Positions 7,326 to 17,002 of a DNA stretch of 64,000 bases are shown piece after piece. The DNA comes from an uncultured Bacteroides sp. (GTDB lineage Bacteria > Bacteroidota > Bacteroidia > Bacteroidales > GCA-2748055): NCBI GenBank assembly GCA_964575865.1, contig CAZNSZ010000004.1, positions 21,178-85,177 of the forward strand. Direction: 5' to 3'. The translations under genes were made by a program, and so were the position numbers. The notes under the pieces are model-generated. The model saw only the letters and a list, made by a program, of their open reading frames with translations, was not told the origin of the DNA and did no database searches. Numbering within the stretch: the stretch's first letter is position 1; each line of letters opens with the position of its first letter.

Positions 7326-8777
7326 ATGCTTAAACAGAACCTCCAGCAGAAACTGCTTCAGAAGCTATCCCCGCAGCAGATACAGATGATCAAGCTGCTG
7401 GAGATCCCTGCCATGCAACTGGAACAGCGGATCAAAAAGGAGATGGAAGAGAATCCGGTACTGGAGGAGGGGGCCGAGGAGGAGCTCTACAGCCAGGAGG
7501 AGGATGGCAAGGAGGATACCCAGGCGGACCAGCAGGATGAATTCTCGCTGGAGGACTATATGGAAGATGACGAGATCCCCAGCTACCGCCTGAATGCCCA
7601 GAATTATTCGGCCGATGACAAACGGGAAGAGATTCCGTTCACCATGGGGAGCACTTTCCGGGAACAACTCAAAAGCCAGCTGGGACTAAGGAAACTCACC
7701 GAGAAACAGGAGGTGCTTGCCGAATATGTCCTGGGGAACATCGACGATGACGGGTATCTGCGGAGGGAACTGGAAGCGATCGCCGACGACCTGGCTTTCT
7801 CGGTGGGACTGGAGACCGGGTACGAGGAACTGCACGCGGTGCTCATGATCATCCAGGAATTCGACCCTGCGGGAGTGGGGGCCAGGAGCCTGCAGGAATG
7901 CCTCCTGCTGCAGATCGAAAGAAAGGACATGGAACAACCGGTGATCCGCCTGGCACAGACCATCCTGAAAAACCATTTCGATGAATTCACCAACAAGCAT
8001 TACGACAAGATCGTCCAACGGCTCAGTATCACGGAAGAGCAGCTGAAAGCGGCCCTGGAAGAGATCCTTAAACTGAATCCCAAGCCGGGTGGCGCGGTGG
8101 GCGATTCCCAGGTCAAATCGTTTCACCACATCGTTCCAGACTTCATCCTGGAGGAGAACGAAGGGGAACTGCAGCTTTATCTCAACAGCAACAATGTACC
8201 GGAGCTGAGGGTCAGCAAGACCTATGCCGAGATGTTTGAGAGTTACAGCGCCAACAAGGCCAATGCCAGCAAGGAGGAGAAAGACGCCATAACCTTTGTG
8301 AAGCAGAAGCTCGATTCGGCCAAATGGTTCATCGACGCCATCCGGCAGCGGCAGAATACCATGCTGCTGACCATGAACGCCATCCTTGAATACCAGCGCA
8401 ACTATTTCATCGAGGGGGACGAGACCCGGATGCGGCCCATGATCCTGAAAGACATTGCCGACATGACCAACCTGGACATCTCCACCATTTCAAGGGTGGT
8501 GAACAGCAAGTACATCCAGACCCACTTCGGGATCTATCCCCTGAAGTACTTTTTCTCCGAAGGGATGCAAACCGACAGCGGAGAGGAGGTGTCCACCCGG
8601 GAGATCAAGAAGATCCTCCAGGATTGCATCGATAACGAGGATAAGCGCAAACCGCTTACGGACGATAAGTTGTCCGCCATCCTGAATGAAAAGGGATATC
8701 AGATTGCCCGGCGTACTGTGGCCAAATACAGGGAACAGCTTGGCCTTCCGGTGGCCAGGTTGCGCAAGGAGCTCTAA
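7326..8777 (+). CDS. rpoN: RNA polymerase sigma-54 factor
   Basis: ATG at 7326 (the track begins at a GTG one codon earlier). Gln/Leu-rich N-terminus MLKQNLQQKLLQKLSPQQ, acidic linker, and the C-terminal RpoN box ARRTVAKYR. Confidence 0.95.
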   Translation: MLKQNLQQKLLQKLSPQQIQMIKLLEIPAMQLEQRIKKEMEENPVLEEGAEEELYSQEEDGKEDTQADQQDEFSLEDYMEDDEIPSYRLNAQNYSADDKREEIPFTMGSTFREQLKSQLGLRKLTEKQEVLAEYVLGNIDDDGYLRRELEAIADDLAFSVGLETGYEELHAVLMIIQEFDPAGVGARSLQECLLLQIERKDMEQPVIRLAQTILKNHFDEFTNKHYDKIVQRLSITEEQLKAALEEILKLNPKPGGAVGDSQVKSFHHIVPDFILEENEGELQLYLNSNNVPELRVSKTYAEMFESYSANKANASKEEKDAITFVKQKLDSAKWFIDAIRQRQNTMLLTMNAILEYQRNYFIEGDETRMRPMILKDIADMTNLDISTISRVVNSKYIQTHFGIYPLKYFFSEGMQTDSGEEVSTREIKKILQDCIDNEDKRKPLTDDKLSAILNEKGYQIARRTVAKYREQLGLPVARLRKEL

Positions 8778-8788
8778 AACCTTTTTTT

Positions 8789-9394
8789 ATGAAGAAAGTG
8801 GCTTCTGCGATCTCCCTTTTGTTCCACCCGCTGTTGATGCCCTCCCTGGGCCTTCTTCTGATCCTCAATTCCGGAAGTTATGTCTCACTGCTTGATCCCG
8901 CGGCAAAAAGGGCGATCCTGTTCGTGCTGGCCCTGGGGACCCTGGTTTTCCCGCTGATGATGTTGCCGATCTTCTTTTACAGGAACCTGATGCTGAACCA
9001 GAAAGGGAGCATCATCGAAGAAAAGTGGGTGCCGCGCATCATCATTCTGATCCTGTATGTGATCACCTGCGTCTATTTTCTGAGGCTGCCCCTGAACAGG
9101 ATCATTCAGGGATATGTGCTCTCGGTGACCGCCACCCTGGCGCTGCTGACCCTCGTCAGTGTGAAGGTGCAGATCTCCATGCATACGGCGGGACTGGGCG
9201 GCATGGTCGGATTGGTCATCGCACTGATCATCCTGTACGGAACACCGCTGGAGGGCTACCTGCTGATTACCCTGCTGGCGGGGGGAGTGGTGGGGACCGC
9301 AAGGCTGGTGGAGGGGGTGAACCGCCCCGGTGAGGTATACAGCGGTTTTGTGCTGGGGTTTGCCACGGTCCTGGCTACTCTTCTGATCTATTAG
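8789..9394 (+). CDS. polytopic membrane protein with divergent PAP2-like motifs
   Basis: 201 aa with about 6 hydrophobic segments. SMHTAGLGG resembles the PAP2 SGH motif. ARLVEGVNRPGEVYSG resembles SRxxxxxHxxxD, but with N and E at the H and D positions. Confidence 0.4.
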   Translation: MKKVASAISLLFHPLLMPSLGLLLILNSGSYVSLLDPAAKRAILFVLALGTLVFPLMMLPIFFYRNLMLNQKGSIIEEKWVPRIIILILYVITCVYFLRLPLNRIIQGYVLSVTATLALLTLVSVKVQISMHTAGLGGMVGLVIALIILYGTPLEGYLLITLLAGGVVGTARLVEGVNRPGEVYSGFVLGFATVLATLLIY

Positions 9395-9752
9395 CCTCCC
9401 CTTCCTGGTCATTTTCATCCAGCATCACATTGAGCCTGATCAGGACCTCGTTGTACACCTCATCCATCAGTTCCGGATAGCGGCTGTAGGTATACATGGT
9501 GGTATCGAACTTCTGCCTGGTAACGCCGTATTTCAACAGGATCGGCCCAAGCATGTCCACGCTGTCCGCCTCGAACCTCCGGTGGAACTTCCGGTCATTG
9601 GAAATGCCCTCGGCCAGATGGATATCCACCAGCATGTCCACCAGTTTCTCCCGCTCCACGAAAGCATCTCCCCTGATGCTCTTTTTCTGAAGACATCCGG
9701 AAAGCACCAGCAAGGTGGTGAGAATTACCAGAATTCCGGCCCGGGTTCGCAT
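9375..9752 (-). CDS. small lipoprotein, probably DUF4296 family
   Basis: 125 aa. Lipobox LVLSGC. The block LVDMLVDIHLAEGI matches my memory of DUF4296. Lies 5 nt downstream of the PorP/SprF gene. Its 3' end overlaps the convergent gene by 20 nt. Confidence 0.5.
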   Translation of the reverse strand: MRTRAGILVILTTLLVLSGCLQKKSIRGDAFVEREKLVDMLVDIHLAEGISNDRKFHRRFEADSVDMLGPILLKYGVTRQKFDTTMYTYSRYPELMDEVYNEVLIRLNVMLDENDQEGEANRSEE

Positions 9753-9757
9753 TTATC

Positions 9758-10654
9758 CTATTTGATATCTTTAAAACGGTACCCGATCATGATTTCATGT
9801 GTGCCGGTATTGTATTTCCGCAGGGTGGAGATCCCGATATCGTAGGCGTACCCGAAGAAGAGCATTTCGTCATAGCTGTAGCCCAGCAGGATACCCACCG
9901 ATTCCCTGTGCCGGTAGGACACCGCCATCCAGAAACTTTTCTGCCACTCCACCCGTGCGGTCACATCCATATTGAGCTCTTTGGGGGCGGTCCCCTTCAC
10001 CATGACCGAGGGCTCCAGGATCCAGTCGGTATCGAGCCTGAACTGGTAAGCCCCGATCAGGTTGATGTGGGTCTTCAGCCGGTTCAGCCCGTTCCTGTTG
10101 TCGAAGATCTTGATGCTGTTGTTCAGGAGCTGTGCTGCCGAAAGTCCCACATAGAAATTCTCTGCATAGAGGTAGAGCCCGATCCCTGCATCGGGGAGGT
10201 AGGAGGTGCTGACCGCTTCAAGGATGGCGATGTCAGACACATCTTTGGGATCGAGCTGTGTCCCGTCCACCCGGAACTGCATGATGCTGGCCGAAATTCC
10301 CATGGAGAGGCGGATGTCCGGGGTCACTGCAATGTTGTAGGCGTACGATCCGGTGAGTCCGGTCCTGCTGGTGGGCCCTGTGACATCGTTGTAGATGTAG
10401 GCACCATATCCCATGTCCAGTCTGGCGTGCGGACCATAGAACGCCAGTGAATTGGTCATGGGGGGATCAACGAGGCCGACCCATTGAAAACGATGGTTGG
10501 TGCGGATCTGGTAATGGTTGTGCACGCCGGCCACAGCCGGATTGATCACAAAGTCGTTGAACATGTACTGGGTGTAATGGGGCAGCTGCTGTCCCCATAC
10601 CTGCCCGGTGGCGGCGGTGATCACGAACAATATGATTGCTGCGGCTCTTTTCAT
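9758..10654 (-). CDS. PorP/SprF-family type IX secretion outer-membrane protein
   Basis: 298 aa. Signal peptide followed by the family N-terminal block QQLPHYTQYMFNDFVINPAVAG. Beta-barrel-like alternation throughout and ends ...IGYRFKDIK. Starts 1 nt after the stop of the adhesin gene. Confidence 0.85.
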   Translation of the reverse strand: MKRAAAIILFVITAATGQVWGQQLPHYTQYMFNDFVINPAVAGVHNHYQIRTNHRFQWVGLVDPPMTNSLAFYGPHARLDMGYGAYIYNDVTGPTSRTGLTGSYAYNIAVTPDIRLSMGISASIMQFRVDGTQLDPKDVSDIAILEAVSTSYLPDAGIGLYLYAENFYVGLSAAQLLNNSIKIFDNRNGLNRLKTHINLIGAYQFRLDTDWILEPSVMVKGTAPKELNMDVTARVEWQKSFWMAVSYRHRESVGILLGYSYDEMLFFGYAYDIGISTLRKYNTGTHEIMIGYRFKDIK

Positions 10655-10655
10655 G

Positions 10656-13600
10656 TCACCTGATAATCGTTACATTTCCCGTGATGGGCCTGGCACCACT
10701 GTAAGGGATGATGATATAATAATAGGTTCCCACAGGGGCTTCGGTACCGCGTGTGGTCCCGTCCCAGCGGCTGCCGCTGTCATATCCCACCGTGGAATAG
10801 AGGAGGTCGCCCCACCGGCTGTATATCTCCACCCGCATGTCGGGGAAATTCTCTGCGAAATCGATCTCGAAATAGTCATTTACGCCGTCGCCGTTGGGAG
10901 AGAACACATTGTAGATCTTCAATTCTTCGATCACGTCAATGAACAGCGAATCCATCTCCTCGCACCCGTATTCACTGGTGGCGTACACCCGGTACCAGAC
11001 CGGTTCTTCCGGAGTGGCCAGCGGATCCGGAATACTGCTGTTGTCCAGCCATGCTGGGGGCTCCCACCGGTATGCTGTGAAGGGTCCGCCGCTTACATTC
11101 AGCCGGACAGAAGCACCCGACATGATCAGGGTATCGGGCGAGGCACTGATCGCCACCCGGGGATAGAGGGTGACATATACAGTGTCCGTGTCATAGCATC
11201 CGTAGGGGCTGGTCTCCTCGGTAATGGTCAGTACAAAGGAGGTCTCTTCGGTTATTCCGCTGGCCACCGGATCGGCAACGGAGGGGTCGGAGAGGAACGG
11301 TGAGGGATCCCATGAGGGGGTATGGCTCCCCTGCCCGTTCAGCTGCAGGGAACCGCCGTAACACACGGTCGTGTCCGCGCCCGCATCAGCGGTCACGTTA
11401 ATCAGGCTGCCCACGGCAAAGGTATCCAACCTGGCACACCCGTTGGCATCGGTGGTGGTCAGCACATAGGTGCCCGCCACGATCCCCGGGCGGTCCTCCT
11501 GTGTACTGCCGTCGCTCCAGAGGAACGAATAGCCGCCTGCACCGCCCGATACAGCGATGGAAATGGCTCCGGTCGCACTGAACGCATTGCACTCGGCCGG
11601 GGTAACGTTCCCGGTAAGCAGCAACTCGGAGGGTTCGGACAGGGTGACCGAATCCATGAACAGTTTTCCCTCCTCGTCCCTGGCCATCAAATGGTAGGTC
11701 ATGTTTCCGGCCAGGTTCTCGAACAACGGCCCGGGCACAAAGGTGATCCCGCTGTCTATGGAGTATTCAACCGCTCCTGCTGCATTCTGCGGGACCATTT
11801 CGATGGATCCGTCCCCTGCACCGTGACAGCTTACGTCTGTTGCATTGACGGTGACCTGCAGCGGTGGTACATCCAGGATTTCCACCTGCTCCATGTAATC
11901 ACACCCGTTCTGGTCCCTGACAATCACCTCATAGGTGCCCACTGCCAGGGCGGGGTATACGGTATCGGTGGTGAACGGACCCCCGGTTCCCTGGATGCTG
12001 TACGTATAGGGGGGCAATCCTCCGGAGGCATCGCTGATGGTGATGGAACCCGGGTTGCCGAAGAAGGCGTCGGTTTTCGTAATGGTGGCGGACACTGCTT
12101 CAGGGGCGCCGATAACTGCCTCCTCCGTGATGGAGCAGCCTGAGCCGTCCAGCAGGGTAACCGTGTAGGTGCCGGCGGGCAGGTCTGTGAAGATCCCCGA
12201 ATCCTGGTAACTGCTCCCGTCGATGGAATAGAGCAGGATCCCGGTGCCGCCGCTGCCGGAGGCTTCGACGGATCCCGTACTGTCGTACCAGCAGGTGGCC
12301 ACATCGGTGGTGGTCACCGCAAGTGCAAGGGCCGGGGGATCATCCAGTGTGACGCTGCCCGCAGGTTCCGTACAGAGGTTTGCATCCCTGATGAACAGTT
12401 CGTAGCTGCCCGGGACCAGCCCGGAGAAAAGGCTGTCGCCGGACCAGGTGGACTGGTTGTCCACGCTGTACTGGTAGGGCCGCGTCCCTCCGGAGGCGTA
12501 CAGGATGATCGTACCGTCCGCCGCACTGTTGCAGCTGATGGGAGTGAACGATACCGAGTCGGAGACCAGGGGCGGGGGTTCCGTCACGAAGATCGGATCG
12601 GAGGCGACAGGGGCGCATCCTTCGCTGTCGGTGACCAGGACCGTGTAAATGTCAGGTGCCAGTCCCGTGAACAGCCCGTCGCTGTTGACGGTTCCTGCGG
12701 GCATCAGGGTATATTCCAGCGGAGCGGTACCCCCTGTGACTGTCATTTCAATCCTGCCGTCGGCAGCTCCTGCGCAGGTCACCGGGATCACCGTGGAGGG
12801 TCCGATGGTGATGGGACCGGGTTCGGTAAGGGTAACGGTACTGTCGGTCATGCATCCGTTGCGGTCCTGAACCGTCACCGTGTAGGTACCGGCTTTCAGG
12901 TCATTGAAATTCCTGCTGGCGACGAAATTAACGCCGTCGATGGAATACCTCAGGGGCGGGATCCCTCCCGAGGCCGTTATGCCGATCGATCCGGTGCTGT
13001 CGCCGAAACAGCCCGTCACATGGACCAGGTCGATCTGATCGAACACCACCGGCGGGGGTGCCGTCAGGGTGACTGCCGAATCGGTACTGCAGCCGTTGAC
13101 ATCGGTGATTGCAATCCGGTGGATCCCGGCTGGCAGACCGGTGAACTCACCGCTTGTGTTGCTTTCTGTCCCGTTCAGCGTATAAGTGATCGTGCCCGTT
13201 CCCCCCCGGGCAGCGGCCTGGATCCCGCCGTCGGTGGCATCGGAGCAGGTAGCAATGTCAAAGAGGGTGATACTGCTGAATTCAAGGGGACCGGGCTGAC
13301 TGATCAGGTGCAGCGTTCCGTTAACGGTGCAGCCGCGCGCATCCCTGACCACAGTCTGGTAGTTGTCGGCTGGCAGGCCGGTGAAGGTGGGAGAACTGTA
13401 GAAATCGGCACCTCCATTGATGGAATAGGTATAGGGAGCCGTTCCCCCGGTGACCTCCCCGATGGTGATCTGTACCGAGGAATCTCCGTGACACAGGATC
13501 GCACCGGAGACCGTCTCTTCATTGATCACCATGGTATCGGGGGAGAGGAGGGTGATCTCAGCGGTGGTGACACAGAAATTATCATCCCTGGTCCAGACCG

Positions 13601-15608
13601 TGTGGGTTCCTGCGGTCAGCGACGTGAAGGTGGGTGATCCCTGGTAGGTCCCCTCGATATCGCCCGCAATGGAGTACTCATATGGTGCGGTCCCTCCCGA
13701 TGCAGCTGCCGTGACGGAGCCGTCCGATCCCCCGTGGCAGGTGACATCGGCGCCTGTGAGGGAAGTGACCAGGAGGGGCGGTTCAATGAGGGTGGCCAGA
13801 TCCGGGACGGTTAACGGACAACCGTTGGCATCGGTTACCGACAGGGTGTAGGTTCCGGCAGCCAGACCCACAGGATTCTGAACGGTATCTGCGGTGGTCC
13901 CTGTCTCGTCGGTCCAGTTGAAGGAGAGCGGTCCGGTTCCTCCGGAGACGGTCACCGAGATGGATCCGTTGCTTCCCCCGAAACAGGTGGGGTCGATGTG
14001 GAACCGGTAGGTGACCACGATGGGATCCGGTTCGGTCAGGGTGACCAGGTCCGGGAAGTCCGCCGTGCAAAGGCTGGCATCCTGCACCCTGAGGGTGTAG
14101 CTTCCGGGTCCCAGATCGGAGATGTCCCGGTCTGAGGATGAGAATCCCGCCGGACCGGTCCAGTCAAACTGATAAGGCCCGGTGCCGCCCGTGACCGTGA
14201 GGGCGATGGCTCCGTCGCCGGCCCCGTTGCAGCTGATCCCGGTGGTTTGAGGAGTGACAGCAATGGGCAATGGTTCCTCAATGGTGGCGATCGCCGGCAT
14301 ATCCAGCGGGCAGCCGTTCTCATCGGTGATCGTGACGCTGTAGTCCCCGGCCTGAAGACCGGAGATATCTTCGGTGGTGGCCGTGTAGCCGCCTGGCCCC
14401 GTCCAGGAGAACGTGTACATCCCGGTTCCCCCTGAAACACTCAGATCCACCGATCCGTCGCCCTGACCGGTGCAGGTGATGCCTGTGGCCACTGCCGAGG
14501 CTGCAAGGGGCGGGGGCTCATCAACTGTGATGGCCGCCATCACCTGTTCGCACAGCAGTGCATCGGTGACCGTGAGCTGGTAACTGCCGGGGGCCAGGCC
14601 CGAGATGTCCTCGGTAAATGCGGAGTACCCGCCCGGTCCGCTCCACCGGAAGGTATATTCCGGAGTACCCCCGGAAACGGTCACCCCGATGATCCCGTCC
14701 AGATCCCCGTTGCAGGTCACCCCGGCCACGGTGTCCACGGCCATTGTAAGGGGTGGCGGCTCGGTGATAACCACCGGACCAAGTCCCGCCTCGCAGGAAT
14801 TGGCATCCGCAACGGTCACCGCGTAATTGCCCGCACCCACGTTGATCAGGTCCTCGGTGGAGCCGCTGAATCCGGGGCCTGTCCATGCATAGGTGTACCC
14901 GGTCCCTCCCCCTCCGGGGGTACCCCCGGTCACGGAGATGGAGATGGCTCCCGTTTCCGCCCCGTTGCATTCCACGTCCACTGTCCCGTCCAGCAAAACG
15001 GCCAGGGCAGGCGGGTTGGTCACGGTCAGGGGCCCGGTGGCATCGGAGGAAGGGCACCCGCTGGCGTCGGTCACGCTGACCGTATAATTACCTTCCACCA
15101 GGTCCGGGAACTGCCCGTCGGTGGAGGTGGCATTTTCCGGACCCGCCAGGGTGAAGATGTAACTGCCCGATTCACCGGTGGCTGCCACGGAGATTGATCC
15201 GTCATTGAACCCGTTGCATGTGATATCCGATACCAGGGCGGAGGTGATGGACAGGGGGCCGGGTCCGCCCACGCTGGCAAGGCGTATGTCGCTGATGGAA
15301 TCTTCGTTCTCCGATTCCTCGTCCAGGACAATGACAATGTAATGGGAGAGCTGTTCCAGGTTCAGGAAGGTATAGCTCTGATCGGCAACGGGCCCGGCAC
15401 TTTCCAAAACGATGGGAGGGCTCAGCAGCAGGTAGTTATACAGGCCCGAGCCCCCGGTGACCTGCACCTCAAGGGAACCGTCGGAATACCCGTCACAGCT
15501 TACGGGGGTGGAAATGATGGCGGTGATTTTCAGTTCCTGGGCCTGCAGGGTCCCCATGCATCCAAAAAACAGGAGGATCGTCACTATGGTGGCCCGGGTA
15601 ATTTTCAT
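10656..15608 (-). CDS. 1650-aa cell-surface SprB-repeat protein with a T9SS type-B (gliding-motility-associated) C-terminal sorting domain
   Basis: Signal peptide MKITRATIVTILLFFGCMGTLQAQ. About 17 tandem ~75-80-aa modules, each with C-x-G/N-x-x-DG-x-I...(S/T)GG(T/S)xPYxY(S/T/W). Ig/PKD-like region. Final ~90 aa KIYNVFSPNGDGVNDYFEI...GTYYYII...GNVTIIR is the type-B CTD (about 10659-10916). Confidence 0.9.
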   Translation of the reverse strand: MKITRATIVTILLFFGCMGTLQAQELKITAIISTPVSCDGYSDGSLEVQVTGGSGLYNYLLLSPPIVLESAGPVADQSYTFLNLEQLSHYIVIVLDEESENEDSISDIRLASVGGPGPLSITSALVSDITCNGFNDGSISVAATGESGSYIFTLAGPENATSTDGQFPDLVEGNYTVSVTDASGCPSSDATGPLTVTNPPALAVLLDGTVDVECNGAETGAISISVTGGTPGGGGTGYTYAWTGPGFSGSTEDLINVGAGNYAVTVADANSCEAGLGPVVITEPPPLTMAVDTVAGVTCNGDLDGIIGVTVSGGTPEYTFRWSGPGGYSAFTEDISGLAPGSYQLTVTDALLCEQVMAAITVDEPPPLAASAVATGITCTGQGDGSVDLSVSGGTGMYTFSWTGPGGYTATTEDISGLQAGDYSVTITDENGCPLDMPAIATIEEPLPIAVTPQTTGISCNGAGDGAIALTVTGGTGPYQFDWTGPAGFSSSDRDISDLGPGSYTLRVQDASLCTADFPDLVTLTEPDPIVVTYRFHIDPTCFGGSNGSISVTVSGGTGPLSFNWTDETGTTADTVQNPVGLAAGTYTLSVTDANGCPLTVPDLATLIEPPLLVTSLTGADVTCHGGSDGSVTAAASGGTAPYEYSIAGDIEGTYQGSPTFTSLTAGTHTVWTRDDNFCVTTAEITLLSPDTMVINEETVSGAILCHGDSSVQITIGEVTGGTAPYTYSINGGADFYSSPTFTGLPADNYQTVVRDARGCTVNGTLHLISQPGPLEFSSITLFDIATCSDATDGGIQAAARGGTGTITYTLNGTESNTSGEFTGLPAGIHRIAITDVNGCSTDSAVTLTAPPPVVFDQIDLVHVTGCFGDSTGSIGITASGGIPPLRYSIDGVNFVASRNFNDLKAGTYTVTVQDRNGCMTDSTVTLTEPGPITIGPSTVIPVTCAGAADGRIEMTVTGGTAPLEYTLMPAGTVNSDGLFTGLAPDIYTVLVTDSEGCAPVASDPIFVTEPPPLVSDSVSFTPISCNSAADGTIILYASGGTRPYQYSVDNQSTWSGDSLFSGLVPGSYELFIRDANLCTEPAGSVTLDDPPALALAVTTTDVATCWYDSTGSVEASGSGGTGILLYSIDGSSYQDSGIFTDLPAGTYTVTLLDGSGCSITEEAVIGAPEAVSATITKTDAFFGNPGSITISDASGGLPPYTYSIQGTGGPFTTDTVYPALAVGTYEVIVRDQNGCDYMEQVEILDVPPLQVTVNATDVSCHGAGDGSIEMVPQNAAGAVEYSIDSGITFVPGPLFENLAGNMTYHLMARDEEGKLFMDSVTLSEPSELLLTGNVTPAECNAFSATGAISIAVSGGAGGYSFLWSDGSTQEDRPGIVAGTYVLTTTDANGCARLDTFAVGSLINVTADAGADTTVCYGGSLQLNGQGSHTPSWDPSPFLSDPSVADPVASGITEETSFVLTITEETSPYGCYDTDTVYVTLYPRVAISASPDTLIMSGASVRLNVSGGPFTAYRWEPPAWLDNSSIPDPLATPEEPVWYRVYATSEYGCEEMDSLFIDVIEELKIYNVFSPNGDGVNDYFEIDFAENFPDMRVEIYSRWGDLLYSTVGYDSGSRWDGTTRGTEAPVGTYYYIIIPYSGARPITGNVTIIR
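11412..15521 (-). repeat. tandem SprB-type protein repeats (about 17 units) inside the adhesin gene; boundaries approximate
   Basis: Periodic recurrence in the translation of ...C.G..DG.I.V.V.GG...Y.Y.W.G... I saw no long identical DNA stretches between units by eye, so the repeats look diverged. Confidence 0.7.
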
Positions 15609-15760
15609 ACTGAGGTGTGCCGTTGGAGCATCGGGTAAAAAACCATCACGCTGCTATAGACCATACGAAATTTCATCCGTATAGGTTGCACCCGGGAGGA
15701 GTTCCCGTCCCCGGATTTCTATAAAATTAACGGATCTGGAAATAGGGGGTTTACAAAGTT

Positions 15761-17002
15761 TTAAACAATGACCTCCTGTTCGATGTGCCGCAGATATTTT
15801 CTGGAGATCTGTTTCACGGGGTAACGGGCTGCCAGGAGACCGATGACCAGCACCGTGATCCAGATCAGGGCAATGTCGGCCGCCTCGATCCGTACCGGGT
15901 AGGCATCGATGATGAAGGTCCCGCTTCCGGAGAGCTTGATCACTCCGAAATGTTGCTGGATCCAGCTGATGGTGGTTCCCAGCAAAAGCCCGAAGAGGCT
16001 TCCGATGACCGAGATCAGCCATCCTTCGACCAAAAAAATCCTTTGAATCAGCCTGTTGCTTGCGCCCATGTTGCGCAGGGTCACGATATCACTCTTCTTT
16101 TCGATGATCAGCATGCTGAGCGATCCGATGATATTGAATGAGGCGATGATCAGGATGAAGGTCAGGATCAGGAATATGGCCCATTTTTCCGATTTCATCA
16201 CCCGGTAGAACAATTCATTCTGCTGCTGCCTGTTCTTCACTTCAAAACCTTCACCCATCACCGATGCGATCTCATGCTGAACCGATTCGGGCGGGAACAC
16301 GGGATCGAGTTTCAGTTCCAGGAAGGAGACCTCCCTGTCATAACTGAGCAGTTCCCTGACAAAACTGATGGGGGTGATGATGTACCTGGAATCGTAATCC
16401 TGCTCGATGGCAAAGATACCCGAGGGGTAAATGAAATCCCGGCGGATGGACTCCTCGGGCTGGGACATGTTGATCTGTGATTTCCTGTCGATGGTGTATA
16501 CGAACAGAGGGTCCACGAAATTGAGCCCGATCCTCAGGCTGTAGGCCACTCCCTGTCCCACCACCGCATAGGGCCGGTTGCGGTCCTTCAGTTTCATGGA
16601 TCCGTCATACACCATGGAATCAAGCCCGGTGACCTCGCTGAAGGAATCATCCACTCCTTTGATGGTGGCGATGTGCTGCTTTTCTCCGTAAAGCAGCAGG
16701 ACATTCTCCTCGATCACTTCTGATACGGCCACCACCCCGGGCAGGGCCTTCAGGGCAGCGATCCGCTCCTCTCCCGGCTCGAAGGTCTTTCCCTCAACCG
16801 CCGAGATTTTGATGTCAGGATCGAAGGTGCTGAACAGGGATTTCACCACCTCATCGAATCCGTTGAAGACGGACAGGACGATGACCAGGGCCATGGTCCC
16901 CGTGGCCACCCCGAGGACGGAAATGGCCGATATGATGTTAATGGCGTTCCGGGATTTCTTTCCCAGCAGGTAGCGCCTGGCGATATAGAAGGAGAGGTTC
17001 AC
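15761..17002 (-). CDS. FtsX-like ABC transporter permease (LolC/LolE family)
   Basis: 413 aa. MNLSFYIARRYLLGKKSRNAINIISAISVLGVA N-terminus, large periplasmic loop and a C-terminal FtsX 3-TM bundle. GTG start at 17002 overlaps the upstream TGA stop (GTGA). Confidence 0.8.
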   Translation of the reverse strand: MNLSFYIARRYLLGKKSRNAINIISAISVLGVATGTMALVIVLSVFNGFDEVVKSLFSTFDPDIKISAVEGKTFEPGEERIAALKALPGVVAVSEVIEENVLLLYGEKQHIATIKGVDDSFSEVTGLDSMVYDGSMKLKDRNRPYAVVGQGVAYSLRIGLNFVDPLFVYTIDRKSQINMSQPEESIRRDFIYPSGIFAIEQDYDSRYIITPISFVRELLSYDREVSFLELKLDPVFPPESVQHEIASVMGEGFEVKNRQQQNELFYRVMKSEKWAIFLILTFILIIASFNIIGSLSMLIIEKKSDIVTLRNMGASNRLIQRIFLVEGWLISVIGSLFGLLLGTTISWIQQHFGVIKLSGSGTFIIDAYPVRIEAADIALIWITVLVIGLLAARYPVKQISRKYLRHIEQEVIV

